From assembly GCA_965226495.1 (NCBI GenBank), contig OZ245365.1, positions 3,456,001 to 3,520,000 of the forward strand: a stretch of DNA of 64,000 nt, given 5' to 3'. The notes under the pieces are model-generated. The model was not told where the DNA came from. It saw only the letters and a program-made list of their open reading frames with translations, and made no database searches. Made by a program: the position numbers and the translations under genes. Positions 19,492 through 29,095 of the stretch are shown here, one piece after another (the stretch's first letter is position 1; each line of letters starts with the position of its first letter). This DNA is from Candidatus Marinacidobacterales bacterium. Its GTDB lineage: Bacteria; Acidobacteriota; Vicinamibacteria; Marinacidobacterales; DATDRI01.

Positions 19492-20651
19492 TACTTACAT
19501 CCTCCAGTCGACTGAAGCACCGGAAGCAAGACTTGCTCACTCCCGGCTGATTTCAAAGTTCGCGTGTACTGGTCGACCGCTCCATCCCAGTAGCCAAGCT
19601 TCTCGGCACGTCGGTGGCCGACCTCGCAGCTATATTCCACGCGCGCCGCCATGTCGCCCTTTTCCATCTCCGACCAGGCAGGGCACTTACCGCAGAGCGA
19701 GATCAAGTTGCACGAGTTGCATTGATGATCGGCGCTCCGCATCTGCCGGTAGATCGGAGGAAACATCTCGTCCCAGATCTGCTTGAAAGACCTCTCCTTC
19801 AAACTGAACTCTTTCTCGTTTCCGCGAAGCAGAATGCACATCGACATCTTTCCGTAAGGGTCGATGTGAAAGGTCTGACTGCCGGCTCCGCAGGAAAACA
19901 ACCGGCTGGAGCGGAACTCTTTACGATCCTCGAAGTAATCGCGATACTCTTCCGCCCGGGCAGGAATGGAAAACTCGAGATCCACTGCTTCCTGCGGGCT
20001 GAGGCGAACGTTGCACGGTGTGAGCGAGCTGTCGAGATTCGGATTAATTTGGGTGTCCCACTTGAAGCGGACTCCCCGACTCTCAGCGAACTGGAACATG
20101 TCCATGAACTCGTGCTGGTTGGTCTTCAACACGATCGTCTTCAGCTGCAACGGCAGGTCGCGTTCCAGGAGGAGATCCGCACCACGATAGCATTTGTCTC
20201 TCGCACCCGGGATGCCTGTCACTTTGTCGTACGTCTCCTGGCTGTAGCCGTAGAGGGTTATTTCGATGTTGCTAGGAGGCATGTCCGCCAGTCGATCGAC
20301 GATCTTCTCGGTGAGCATGGTGCCGTTGGTGAAGAGAGTCAGCAAGAAGCCCTTCCGGATCGCGTGCTCGTAGATCTCGAAGAAATCGGGACGTAGGAAG
20401 ATCTCTCCGCCGGTCATCAAAAGCCAGAGGGTTCCTGCATCGGCGATCTGATCGAGAACGTCCTTCATCTCCTCGGTGTTGAGGATCCCGGACGGCCACT
20501 CCCCGTCGCGATAGCAATGCAGGCACCTGAGATTGCAGCGCAGGTCGAGCTCGAGCGACCCCGTGATCGGAACGCGATTCTGGAGCCACTTGCCGACGAC
20601 GTCTTTTCCGAACTGGTCTAAAGGAAGGTTCGGAATCTGGGTGCATGCCAT
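19491..20651 (-). CDS. Radical SAM/SPASM peptide maturase
   Basis: CNLRCLHC, TGGE, FTNG; SPASM CGAG..IDPYG..C..CNSC..CGKC..C; AAGGAG RBS before MACTQ. Confidence 0.92.
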   Translation of the reverse strand: MACTQIPNLPLDQFGKDVVGKWLQNRVPITGSLELDLRCNLRCLHCYRDGEWPSGILNTEEMKDVLDQIADAGTLWLLMTGGEIFLRPDFFEIYEHAIRKGFLLTLFTNGTMLTEKIVDRLADMPPSNIEITLYGYSQETYDKVTGIPGARDKCYRGADLLLERDLPLQLKTIVLKTNQHEFMDMFQFAESRGVRFKWDTQINPNLDSSLTPCNVRLSPQEAVDLEFSIPARAEEYRDYFEDRKEFRSSRLFSCGAGSQTFHIDPYGKMSMCILLRGNEKEFSLKERSFKQIWDEMFPPIYRQMRSADHQCNSCNLISLCGKCPAWSEMEKGDMAARVEYSCEVGHRRAEKLGYWDGAVDQYTRTLKSAGSEQVLLPVLQSTGGCK

Positions 20652-20701
20652 GTGACAGTCTCCTTTTTCGGTGGAGCAGAAATCAGCCCACGGGCCTAAA
20701 G

Positions 20702-20717
20702 AGCAATCTCCGTGCCA
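20702..20717 (-). promoter_or_regulatory. sigma54 -24/-12 promoter of the rSAM operon
   Basis: TGGCACGGAGATTGCT, a perfect TGGCACG-N4-TTGCW match about 50 nt upstream of the start. Confidence 0.85.
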
Positions 20718-20797
20718 CGAGCGCATCAAGAGGCTGGTCTCTAACTGGCTTTAAACCAGCCAATTAGAGACGCTTGATCGGCTGTGCTGCTAACCCG

Positions 20798-20815
20798 TGT
20801 AGAGAAATCCCCACA
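20798..20815. promoter_or_regulatory. Candidate enhancer-binding-protein site
   Basis: TGT-N12-ACA about 80-100 nt upstream of -24; AT-rich palindrome at 20738-20770 between them (IHF-like). Confidence 0.45.
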
Positions 20816-20851
20816 TCCGGTGGCCGCAAGGCTCCAAAATTTGGGGTCGGG

Positions 20852-21979
20852 TCAATTAGCCGGTCGCTCGGCGAGGGCGGCCTTGGCACGCTCCACGAGC
20901 TCGGCGACGCGGGCCGCCGATGGGTCGTTCGGAGCCAGTTTCACGAACGCGTCATACTCTCGGAGGGAATCCTCGATACGCTCCAGGTTCTCGTACGCGA
21001 TGGCAAGGTTGAGCCTGACATTGGGTTGTTTGGGATCCAGCGCAGCCGCCTTTTCGAGTGGTGATACGGCGTCTTCGTAGCGCTGCTCGTGCACAAACGC
21101 GGCGCCGATTCCGGCGTGCGCCCGTGGATCACGGGGGTTATCCGTCGCGATCTGCTCAAAGACTTCGATGGCTTCGTCCGATCGGCTCGCCTCAATGAGC
21201 GCGGTACCCAATTCCAGCTTGGGTTCCTGGCTGGTGGGTGCCAATTCAGCCGCCCGTTCGAGCTCAACGATCGCCAAGTCCACCTCACCATTTCGGCGGT
21301 GGATGCGAGCCAAATCCACTCGCGCTCGCGCGTCGAAGGGTTTGTTCTCTACAAACCAACTCTGAAATTCGCCCGCTTCCGAAAGCTCGTCGGCATCCAC
21401 TAGGAGCTTGATCAAGGCCTTGCGCGTTAGCTCGTCATTGGGCTTGATGGCGATGGCTTCGCGAAGACTGGCCTGGGCCCCGGTGAGGTCGCCCAACTTC
21501 TGTTTACACAGACCCACGAAGAGGTGACCGGTATGATTGGACGGCGACGTATGGAGCAAGTCCTGGAAGTATTCCAGCGCTTCTTCGAAGTTGCCGGCAC
21601 GAAACGCAGCCTTGCCGTTGCGGGTCGCTTCCGCTGCCTCGCCAAACGCGTCGAGCTCGACTCCCGATTCGCCTGATTCGCCTGATTCGCTGGACACGAC
21701 CAGAGCGTCATCTATCAGAGCGTCGTCCAAAGCAACCGTGCCGCCACCAGCCTTCAGATCAGCAGAGGTCCCGCTGGCCAGCCACCGGAAACTCACTACC
21801 ATGACGCCGAGAACGCCGACCACAACGATCGCCAGCTTGACGGCGGCGGGAAGCCCCGCGACACCGCTCCGACTGGCCTTCCCTTTGCCGCCGGCGGCTC
21901 GCGGTAGCGGTTCACCACAACGAACGCAGTCTTCGTACTTCGGTCGATTCCTGACTCCGCAGACCCGACAGATTTTCAT
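20852..21979 (-). CDS. Zinc-ribbon / TM / TPR protein
   Basis: CRVCG..CVRCG, one TM helix, many TPRs; paralog of 25501..26589. Confidence 0.82.
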   Translation of the reverse strand: MKICRVCGVRNRPKYEDCVRCGEPLPRAAGGKGKASRSGVAGLPAAVKLAIVVVGVLGVMVVSFRWLASGTSADLKAGGGTVALDDALIDDALVVSSESGESGESGVELDAFGEAAEATRNGKAAFRAGNFEEALEYFQDLLHTSPSNHTGHLFVGLCKQKLGDLTGAQASLREAIAIKPNDELTRKALIKLLVDADELSEAGEFQSWFVENKPFDARARVDLARIHRRNGEVDLAIVELERAAELAPTSQEPKLELGTALIEASRSDEAIEVFEQIATDNPRDPRAHAGIGAAFVHEQRYEDAVSPLEKAAALDPKQPNVRLNLAIAYENLERIEDSLREYDAFVKLAPNDPSAARVAELVERAKAALAERPAN

Positions 21980-23121
21980 TTATTGATACGAAGGCCCCAA
22001 TGGGTCGTCCTTGGTTCGAAAAGCAAGCCCGGAGCTGATGTTCCGAGGATTGACGTTGGAGGAGAACGTTTTGCGGATGAAGTTCCCATCCGCGACGGTG
22101 GCGCCTTTTGTGGACCCCTGGAGGTCCGGAGTTAGCGAGCGCGCCCCAACGCTGATCTGGACTCCATTGATGATGTCGGCCGAGGTGATCGCAACGCCGG
22201 CCGCGGGCTGCGGATCGCGGGGATCGTGCTCTTCGAAGCCAGCGGGAGTCGCCGCGGAAACGCCAGTGCGGTAAACCACTTGGAAATCCTCGAGATACGC
22301 CACGGGACTCGCCACAGCGCTGAAGTTTACTTCCCGCATCAAACGGTTCGGAGCAGGACCAGTGTCCACCATGGTGGGATCCGGCTCTGTGTAGTACCGA
22401 ACCACCGAGATCTGAGTCACAAACAACTCGGCGAGTCCGCCGCCAGTCCACGTGCCAGGCACAGCCCCCGCGCCCAGGTCTCGGGATTGATATTCTGCGA
22501 GGACCGAACCTCCCTCCACGCCGGCTGGCGGATCCGGCTCGACCGTGACATCCATCTGGCCGGCGCCATCCGTGAGCACGTCCATCACCCAACCCATCAT
22601 CCAGTACCCGTTGACGGGTAAATTGTCGTAGAGCACCACCAGATCCCCGATTTGGATATTGGACCAATTCGCCCGCCGTCTTGAAAGCAAAGCCCGTCAC
22701 GTCTCCACTGAAAGACGTCGGATCCACCTCGGTGGGCTCGTTCACCTGGGACGATCCCCCCAGAGAACCCATGATCACGATCTCATCTGGATCGGCGACG
22801 CCGCCGTCTCCTACGTTCACATCCATCGCCGTCGTGCTAAAAGAGGGAAACTCGGGTGGGAGGCCGGTCGCCCGCTTGAAGCGCGTCTTTCGCGACCGTA
22901 TCCAGAGCAGCCCGTGCGCTCTGCTGCATATCCGCTATCTCTGGCTCCCTCTGGAAAGTAGATTGCCCTTTACTCAGCAGGCCGAAGACCGCAGCCATGA
23001 CGATCAGCGTGATCATCATCGAGATCATCACCTCGATGAGTGTGAATCCGGATGCAGGAGACGCATCCGCGACCGCCCGGTCTAATCTCTTTGCTGGATG
23101 TAGTGTGTGCATGACCCTCAC
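21980..23121 (-). pseudogene. PilW-like minor pilin split by two +1 frameshifts
   Basis: GFTLIEVMISMMITLIV..DMQQSARAALD..LQAG, then continues in two other frames; shifts near 22870 and 22672. Confidence 0.72.
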
Positions 23122-23238
23122 CCCTTCCGCAAATCCCGGCGTCCCCCGGAATGGCGTTCGATCGCCATTTCGGGAAGATACACCTGGCGGCGAGATTCAC
23201 GAAGACCGAGTGGGGCTCCGGTCTCCCTCGCCAATGAA

Positions 23239-23254
23239 TGCAATTGCAGAGCCA
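23239..23254 (-). promoter_or_regulatory. sigma54 promoter of PilW-like gene
   Basis: TGGCTCTGCAATTGCA with correct spacing; AT-rich IHF-like tract near 23290-23320; palindrome GCGGGGGTAATTCCCCGC at 23382-23399. Confidence 0.7.
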
Positions 23255-23455
23255 ACGCTCCGGTGTTTTCGAGGAACGAAATCTCAGCCATTAAGCCATT
23301 TAAAATAAGCGGTTTATAGCTATTCGCGTCCACCCCATAGGTTGCAAAGCTGGGAGGATCTGTGGCCACGATCCCCTCGGGGCGGGGGTAATTCCCCGCT
23401 CCGGAGCATAAAAGTCGACGTTTTTGTCCGTCCATCATCAGGGGCGTCAGGGGCA

Positions 23456-24850
23456 TCAATGGTCTCCGGCTAGCTCATATTCGCGCATCTTCGTCAGCAG
23501 GGTCCTACTACTGACTTGAAGCTTCTCCGCCGCCTTCGACCGATTGCCTTCCACGTCTTCCAGAATCCGCCTTATCTTCTCTTTCTCGGCCGCTGCTGCG
23601 GCCCGCCGACTCACCTCGGTCAAGGTACCAGAAAGATCCCAATCGCTCGGAGGGGCGGCCAGCTTCTCGCCCGGACCGAAGCCGAGGAGATCCGGTGTGA
23701 GCTCTCGACCGTCGCACAGGATCACCGCCCGTTCCAGACAATTAGCCAACTCACGCACGTTCCCCGGCCAGTCGTGCGAAAGGAGTCGTTCCTGTGTCGC
23801 TTCCGGAATATCCAGGGCCGGTTTCCCCAACTCGCGACAAAACCGTTCCACGTAATGCTGGGCGAGAAGAGGGATATCGCCACGACGACTTCGAAGCGGT
23901 GGAATGACGATCGGAAACACCGAGATCCGAAAGTAGAGGTCATCGCGAAAGAGCTTGTCCTCGACTGCTTTTTGCAGATCTCGGTTCGTGGCCGAGATGA
24001 TTCGCACGTCCACCGTGAGGGTGGCCGTACCTCCGACACGTTCGAACGAGCGCTCTTGAAGCACGCGAAGCAGCTTCGACTGAAGAGACAGCGGAAGCTC
24101 TCCGATTTCGTCGAGTAGCACCGTCCCGTGATTGGCCATTTCGAGCTTGCCGATCTTGCGGCCGTTGGCGCCGGTAAAGGCTCCCTTTTCGTGCCCAAAC
24201 AGCTCGTTCTCCAACAAGTGTTCGGGAATGGCGGCACAATTGATGGCGAGAAACGGTCCGTCGCGGCGAAGGCTCAGATGATGTAGGGCCCGAGCGAAAA
24301 GCTCCTTGCCGGTGCCGCTTTCGCCCAAGAGTAGGACCGACGTATTGGTCGGTGCGACGCGTTGGAGTGCGAGACTGACCTCCTTGAGCGCCGGCCCCTC
24401 CCCGACAATTCGCGGAAACCCGTAGCGGGACGCATACTCTTCTTTGAGAATGAGGTTCTCGATGAGCAGCCGACGCTGGTCGACGGCTCGCTCCATCAAG
24501 ACCAAGAGATGATCGGTATCCACCGGCTTCGAGAGGAACTCGAACGCACCCTCCTTCATAGCCGCAACCGCGTCTTCTATCGTGCCGTACGCGGTCATGA
24601 CGATGACGGGGAGATTGGTGTCCGCCTCGCGGGCCGCAAGCAGAACATCCATGCCGCTGCCCCTTGGCAACCGGAGATCGGTGAGCACGACCGAGACGCG
24701 GGAGGAACTGAGGCGCGCTCGTGCCTCGACGGCGTCGCTCGCTTCCTCAACACTGTAGCCCTTCGACTCGAGCGTGCGCCGCAGCATCGTACGGAGTGAA
24801 AGTCTGTCCTCGACCACGAGAACATCGGCCCCACGCGGCGAGCCGTCCAC
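23456..24850 (-). CDS. sigma54-dependent response regulator (NtrC/AtoC family)
   Basis: REC (VLVVED, LTDLRLP), GESGTGKE, GAFTGA, WPGNVREL, Fis HTH; start trimmed to GTG 24850. Confidence 0.93.
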   Translation of the reverse strand: MDGSPRGADVLVVEDRLSLRTMLRRTLESKGYSVEEASDAVEARARLSSSRVSVVLTDLRLPRGSGMDVLLAAREADTNLPVIVMTAYGTIEDAVAAMKEGAFEFLSKPVDTDHLLVLMERAVDQRRLLIENLILKEEYASRYGFPRIVGEGPALKEVSLALQRVAPTNTSVLLLGESGTGKELFARALHHLSLRRDGPFLAINCAAIPEHLLENELFGHEKGAFTGANGRKIGKLEMANHGTVLLDEIGELPLSLQSKLLRVLQERSFERVGGTATLTVDVRIISATNRDLQKAVEDKLFRDDLYFRISVFPIVIPPLRSRRGDIPLLAQHYVERFCRELGKPALDIPEATQERLLSHDWPGNVRELANCLERAVILCDGRELTPDLLGFGPGEKLAAPPSDWDLSGTLTEVSRRAAAAAEKEKIRRILEDVEGNRSKAAEKLQVSSRTLLTKMREYELAGDH

Positions 24851-24921
24851 AGAAACCCGCTGGGCGCGGCTATCCGTACGTGCCCGCTCTGCCGAAGTGG
24901 TACTCACGGTCTCTGCCAGAG

Positions 24922-25458
24922 CTAGCGAACCCAGCCTGCTGGCACTCCTGCACGGCGTGCTTCGCCTTGGATTTGGGAGAACTCGGAGCGGGCGGCGGCT
25001 AGCTCGCTTTCGATCTCCTGTCTGCCAGAGAGGTTCCGTTGTCCCACCGGATTGACGTCGGTGCGCATGCCCCCGCCCCAATCGTTCTCCGGACTCTGCA
25101 GCTTCGACTCGAGATCCGCTATCTTTTTCTTCGACCCCGCAACTCGGTTCTGCCAGTACTCACGGGTCTTCGTTTCATCAGCCTCGGACTCGTCTTCGTC
25201 ACCCTCGCCGCCCGCGTCTTCCGCGACACTGCCCTCGGCGGGCGCAGACTCTGGGAGCGGCGACGACCGTCCCCTGCCCAAGTCTCGCTCGGAGATAACC
25301 TTAGTGCTTCCCTCAACCTCTGTCCGGCGTTTCTTCTCCTCCTTGGCTACTTCGGCCAAGGATTGCGCATAGGCCACTCCAGATAACACGCCAACAGACA
25401 GGGCCAGGGAAAAGAGCCACCGAAGCCAGTTATTGCCTATCTTTCTTGTTTCGTTCAT
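24922..25458 (-). CDS. Exported coiled-coil hypothetical protein
   Basis: Signal peptide AYA-QSLAEVAKEEKKRR; ends EARRAGVPAGWVR. Confidence 0.75.
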   Translation of the reverse strand: MNETRKIGNNWLRWLFSLALSVGVLSGVAYAQSLAEVAKEEKKRRTEVEGSTKVISERDLGRGRSSPLPESAPAEGSVAEDAGGEGDEDESEADETKTREYWQNRVAGSKKKIADLESKLQSPENDWGGGMRTDVNPVGQRNLSGRQEIESELAAARSEFSQIQGEARRAGVPAGWVR

Positions 25459-25500
25459 TGGATTCCTCCCCTGTGCGATCCTGTGTACTCCCCAATAAAT

Positions 25501-26589
25501 TTACGAGCTCCCTCCCGATTTTTTTTGCGCCTGCCGCTCGGCTAATGCCGACTTCGCACGTGCGAGCAACTTCGCGATCTTCGGAGTCAACGGGTCGTCT
25601 GGCGACAACCGAACGAAAGCGTCGTACTCGGATAGAGACTCGGGTATCTTGTCCAGGTTCTCGTAGGCCTGGGCGAGGGCGAGGCGAAACGTGCCATTCT
25701 CCGCATCCAGACGCACCGCCTCCTTGAGAGGCTCTAGTGATTGGGAATAGTTTCCGGCGGCGAGTTCGGTAACTCCCAAGGCGTGTTGCGCCACCGCGGA
25801 ATCGGGATTCGTCTCCGCTGCACCACGGAAGGCAGCCGCCGCCTCTTCTACGCGGCCCGCGTTTTTCAAGCTCTCGCCGAGCTCCAATCGCGCCGAAAGA
25901 TTCTCCGGAGACGCCACCAGCACTTCTTGCATCTCCAAGATGGCTTCTTCCGTCTTCCCTTCCGCTCGCATCGTCCTCGCCAGCTCGACCCTGGCAGTTT
26001 GGTCGTCTGGGTTCAGCTCGAGATATTGTTGGAGCACCACTTCGGCCTCGGGGTCTTGCCCCGACTCCCTCAACATGGCCACCAAATAACGCTGAAAGCT
26101 CGGACTCCCTGGAACGAGTTCGAAGGCGGTTTCCATCGCTTGTATAGCAGCCTCAGGATCTCCCAAGTTGTGGTATGCGAGTCCTAGGTACATGTGGCCA
26201 AAAGGATTATCCGGGGCTTCCTGGATGAATTGCTGCAAGTGATTGACCGCGGCCGTATAGTCTCCGTCGCGAAACGCTTGCAGGCCCTCGCGAGTCGAGA
26301 GCTGTGCGAGACCGGCGTCAAACGGGCGGCCCACAGGAGTCTCAGCCCTTGCGGCCGCGCCACCACCTCTTTCCCCCTGAGTCGTTGGAGTCGTTTGAGT
26401 CGTTTGAGGATTCATCCGCTCCCAGATGACGAAAATGGCCGCGCCGGCAAGGACCACGAGTAACAAAGGAAAGAGGAATCGGAGCGGAGAGGGTTGGAAG
26501 TCATGGGCAAACTCCAACGGCTCAGAACAACGGACGCAATACTCGAAATCGTCCTTGTTCTTGGCTCCACAATACGGGCAACGTATCAT
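25501..26589 (-). CDS. Zinc-ribbon / TM / TPR protein
   Basis: CPYCG..CVRCS, TM helix, TPRs. Confidence 0.82.
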   Translation of the reverse strand: MIRCPYCGAKNKDDFEYCVRCSEPLEFAHDFQPSPLRFLFPLLLVVLAGAAIFVIWERMNPQTTQTTPTTQGERGGGAAARAETPVGRPFDAGLAQLSTREGLQAFRDGDYTAAVNHLQQFIQEAPDNPFGHMYLGLAYHNLGDPEAAIQAMETAFELVPGSPSFQRYLVAMLRESGQDPEAEVVLQQYLELNPDDQTARVELARTMRAEGKTEEAILEMQEVLVASPENLSARLELGESLKNAGRVEEAAAAFRGAAETNPDSAVAQHALGVTELAAGNYSQSLEPLKEAVRLDAENGTFRLALAQAYENLDKIPESLSEYDAFVRLSPDDPLTPKIAKLLARAKSALAERQAQKKSGGSS

Positions 26590-26742
26590 CAGCCTTCTCC
26601 CGGGCCCGAGGGCATCAGGTTGTTCTCAAGTACTTTCGGGCGATTTAGATATTTCTATGCTATCGCATCCAGGGCCGGTAGCTCAACCTCCGTCTCGTGC
26701 CTACGGAACCGGCCTATCGTCGACGTCCTTCGTCTTGGCCTC

Positions 26743-26984
26743 GCTAGCCTCGAGCAGGCCAATCCGAGTCAATGCAAACAAGGCTGCCGGGCCTTCACGC
26801 CCGACAGCCTTGAGAAATTGTGAGCCCAATGGGGTCCCTGGACCCTGAAACCATACTTTCGTCGAGCTAGCCTCGAGCAGGCCAATCCGAGTCAATGCAA
26901 ACAAGGCTGCCGGGCCTTCACGCCCGACAGCCTTGAGAAATTGTGAGCCCAATGGGGTCCCTGGACCCTGAAACCATACTTTCG
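26743..26984. repeat. Tandem direct repeat: two identical 119-bp copies, period 123 bp, each with a terminator-like hairpin
   Basis: 26743-26861 equals 26866-26984; minus-strand hairpin AAGGCTGTCGGGC-GTGAAG-GCCCGGCAGCCTT followed by GTTT. Confidence 0.9.
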
Positions 26985-26997
26985 GAGCTCCCGCCTC

Positions 26998-27840
26998 TTA
27001 CTGAACGTTCGCCGTGGTATTTCCCGCCTGCGCGGCATCAGAACCCTTGATCGCATCAGTATCCGAGCCCTTGGTCACGTCCGCATACCGATCTCCCGAG
27101 GCCCCGCTCGACGGAATCCGCACCGTCATCTCGAGCCGTCTCAGGGAGCCCGGCCGACCGGCTTGCGCACCTTGCCAGTTGGGGGCCGTCCCTTCGGCCG
27201 TGAGAATGACCCGATCGTGGGCGACTCCCTCAACGATGGCACCATCGTAACCGTAGTCTTGGTCGCCGGCCAGCGGCCTGCGCACCCACAACGTCACCGT
27301 TCCCTCGATATCGATGTTAGTGTCCTGATCGATGTCGCCGCGGATTCCGTTGCCCGGATCCCGAAAGTCGAACTGGATGGGATCGGTCGAAACCGGATGA
27401 CGGAGCACTCGACCGATGTAGATCCTCACGGTCGCGTCGCGATCGATGAAGTACTGATAGTCTCGACAGCCCGGGACGGAGGTATCTGCGCAGTCGAGCG
27501 CGTCTACCGGCTTGGCGTTCATTGCCCCCGGCCCGCGCGGAGGAGGCAGCGCGTTCACAAAATCTCCATCGAGGACCGCGTAGGATGCGAGGACGTTCTT
27601 CCCGTACTCCAGCGCGGCATCGGCATTGAAGAACGCCATCTCACCATAGCGGTAGTTGACGCTGATGTCGGTCTCGGTCGTAGTCGTCAGCATCAGGGCT
27701 AGTCCGAGCACGGAGAGAACGAACAAGACCAGAATGGAGATTACGAAGGCCGAGCCACGTTCTCCAGATCTGACCTGTGTCGGAGCGCCTACTGTTGACA
27801 TCCTGTTTCTTTGAGCTCGTCTATGCATCTTCTTCTCCAT
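26998..27840 (-). CDS. PilX-like minor pilin
   Basis: ERG-SAFVISILVLFVLSVLGLALM (no E5) ..AFFNADAALEYG; start uncertain (27801 or 27840). Confidence 0.78.
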   Translation of the reverse strand: MEKKMHRRAQRNRMSTVGAPTQVRSGERGSAFVISILVLFVLSVLGLALMLTTTTETDISVNYRYGEMAFFNADAALEYGKNVLASYAVLDGDFVNALPPPRGPGAMNAKPVDALDCADTSVPGCRDYQYFIDRDATVRIYIGRVLRHPVSTDPIQFDFRDPGNGIRGDIDQDTNIDIEGTVTLWVRRPLAGDQDYGYDGAIVEGVAHDRVILTAEGTAPNWQGAQAGRPGSLRRLEMTVRIPSSGASGDRYADVTKGSDTDAIKGSDAAQAGNTTANVQ

Positions 27841-27857
27841 CGCTGCCGCTCTCAAAC

Positions 27858-28406
27858 TCATCCCACGTTGGCGGTGCGGAAAGTCACCAAACGCGCATCG
27901 CCGACTCCCAGATAGATGCCCGACTCGCTGGCGGGTAGGCAACGAACTGCAATTCGCAGCATGGCGAGAGGCATGGCGGGATCGTTCGGATCGACGATTC
28001 GAGTAATCTGCCAACGAACAACGAAAAGCGCTTGGTTTGCCGCGCCCACTGGCTGGCCGTCCGCGTTATAGAACTGGAAGAAGCCCGCGTCGTTGGTATC
28101 CAGATCACCGCACTGCGCTCCGGTATTGCAAAGCACAGGGTTTATGTTGCCGATGCTCGGGCTGGCAGGATTGGTGTAGAAGGGCGCGGCCTTGAGGAGC
28201 TCGAGCTGCTGCTTTGCCAATGCCGCCGAGGCGGTCATGCGTCCCGCCAGGGCGTTGGCATTCGTCGCCACGACCATCATTTGCGCGAGGGAGAGAAGGC
28301 CCACCGTGAGAATCACGATTGCGATCATGACCTCAATGAGGGAGAACCCTTCTCGGCCCCTGCCGCTGACTGTTCGACTCTGTCTTGTCTCGTTGTTTAC
28401 GATCAT
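27858..28406 (-). CDS. PilV-like minor pilin
   Basis: EG-FSLIEVMIAIVILTVGLLSL..A.ALA.QQLELLK; ATGA overlap with upstream gene. Confidence 0.82.
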   Translation of the reverse strand: MIVNNETRQSRTVSGRGREGFSLIEVMIAIVILTVGLLSLAQMMVVATNANALAGRMTASAALAKQQLELLKAAPFYTNPASPSIGNINPVLCNTGAQCGDLDTNDAGFFQFYNADGQPVGAANQALFVVRWQITRIVDPNDPAMPLAMLRIAVRCLPASESGIYLGVGDARLVTFRTANVG

Positions 28407-29035
28407 GGTACCTCTGTTTGTACGCGCCCGTTTCGGCTGACTCGGATGTCCCGAACAAACCCGAAGCGGGGATACCGGATCGTCACCACCCAATCGAGCC
28501 CGTCCTGCTTGATGAGCGTGGCCCCGGAGCCAGCTGCGTTAACCGCTTCGACGGCACCGTTGGAGCGAAACAACAGGGCGTTCCATGTCCCACCACTGTC
28601 ATCGAACTCCATCTCCGGAGGTAGGTTGGTGATGTTGCCGTGGGGAGGCGATACGTTGTCCCCCGCTCCAGGCGCGATCCCGTAGTCTCGGTCGTTGGGG
28701 TCGAAGACGGCACTGGCGCCGGGCCCCGGATAAACCCCGCCATAGGCTCCCATCGTCACGGGATCCTGGTCCAGGGTCGTGAATTGGAACTGCCCCTCCG
28801 CCGGGTAGTCGAAGTTGAGGATCAAACCGTTGCGTGAGTTCCGCTTGACCGCCTGACCCCGCGACATCTGCATCAGCGATGCGACTCCTTGCGCGGCCGC
28901 CTGGGTCTGATAGTGACGGATGTAGTTGAGACCGTACGGGATTGACGTCGCAGCGAGAATGGCTCCGACCGCCATCACCACTAGGAGTTCCACCAGTGAG
29001 AAACCGCGCGAGGCTTCCTTTCTAAACATCACCAC
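28403..29035 (-). CDS. FimT/GspH-like minor pilin
   Basis: RG-FSLVELLVVMAV, SRGQAVKRN, LLFRSNG, IRVSRNGRVQ; AGGAGG RBS. Confidence 0.82.
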   Translation of the reverse strand: MVMFRKEASRGFSLVELLVVMAVGAILAATSIPYGLNYIRHYQTQAAAQGVASLMQMSRGQAVKRNSRNGLILNFDYPAEGQFQFTTLDQDPVTMGAYGGVYPGPGASAVFDPNDRDYGIAPGAGDNVSPPHGNITNLPPEMEFDDSGGTWNALLFRSNGAVEAVNAAGSGATLIKQDGLDWVVTIRYPRFGFVRDIRVSRNGRVQTEVP

Positions 29036-29095
29036 ATCCTCCTCCTTACTCTAGATGAAGGGGTTGCGCGGAGTAAACACGCCGCCACAAGTCAG

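Noticed and set aside
26743-26984. CRISPR array, or the 83-aa repeat ORF 26701..26952
   Set aside because: Only two long identical units, no spacers or cas genes; the ORF is a by-product of a period divisible by 3
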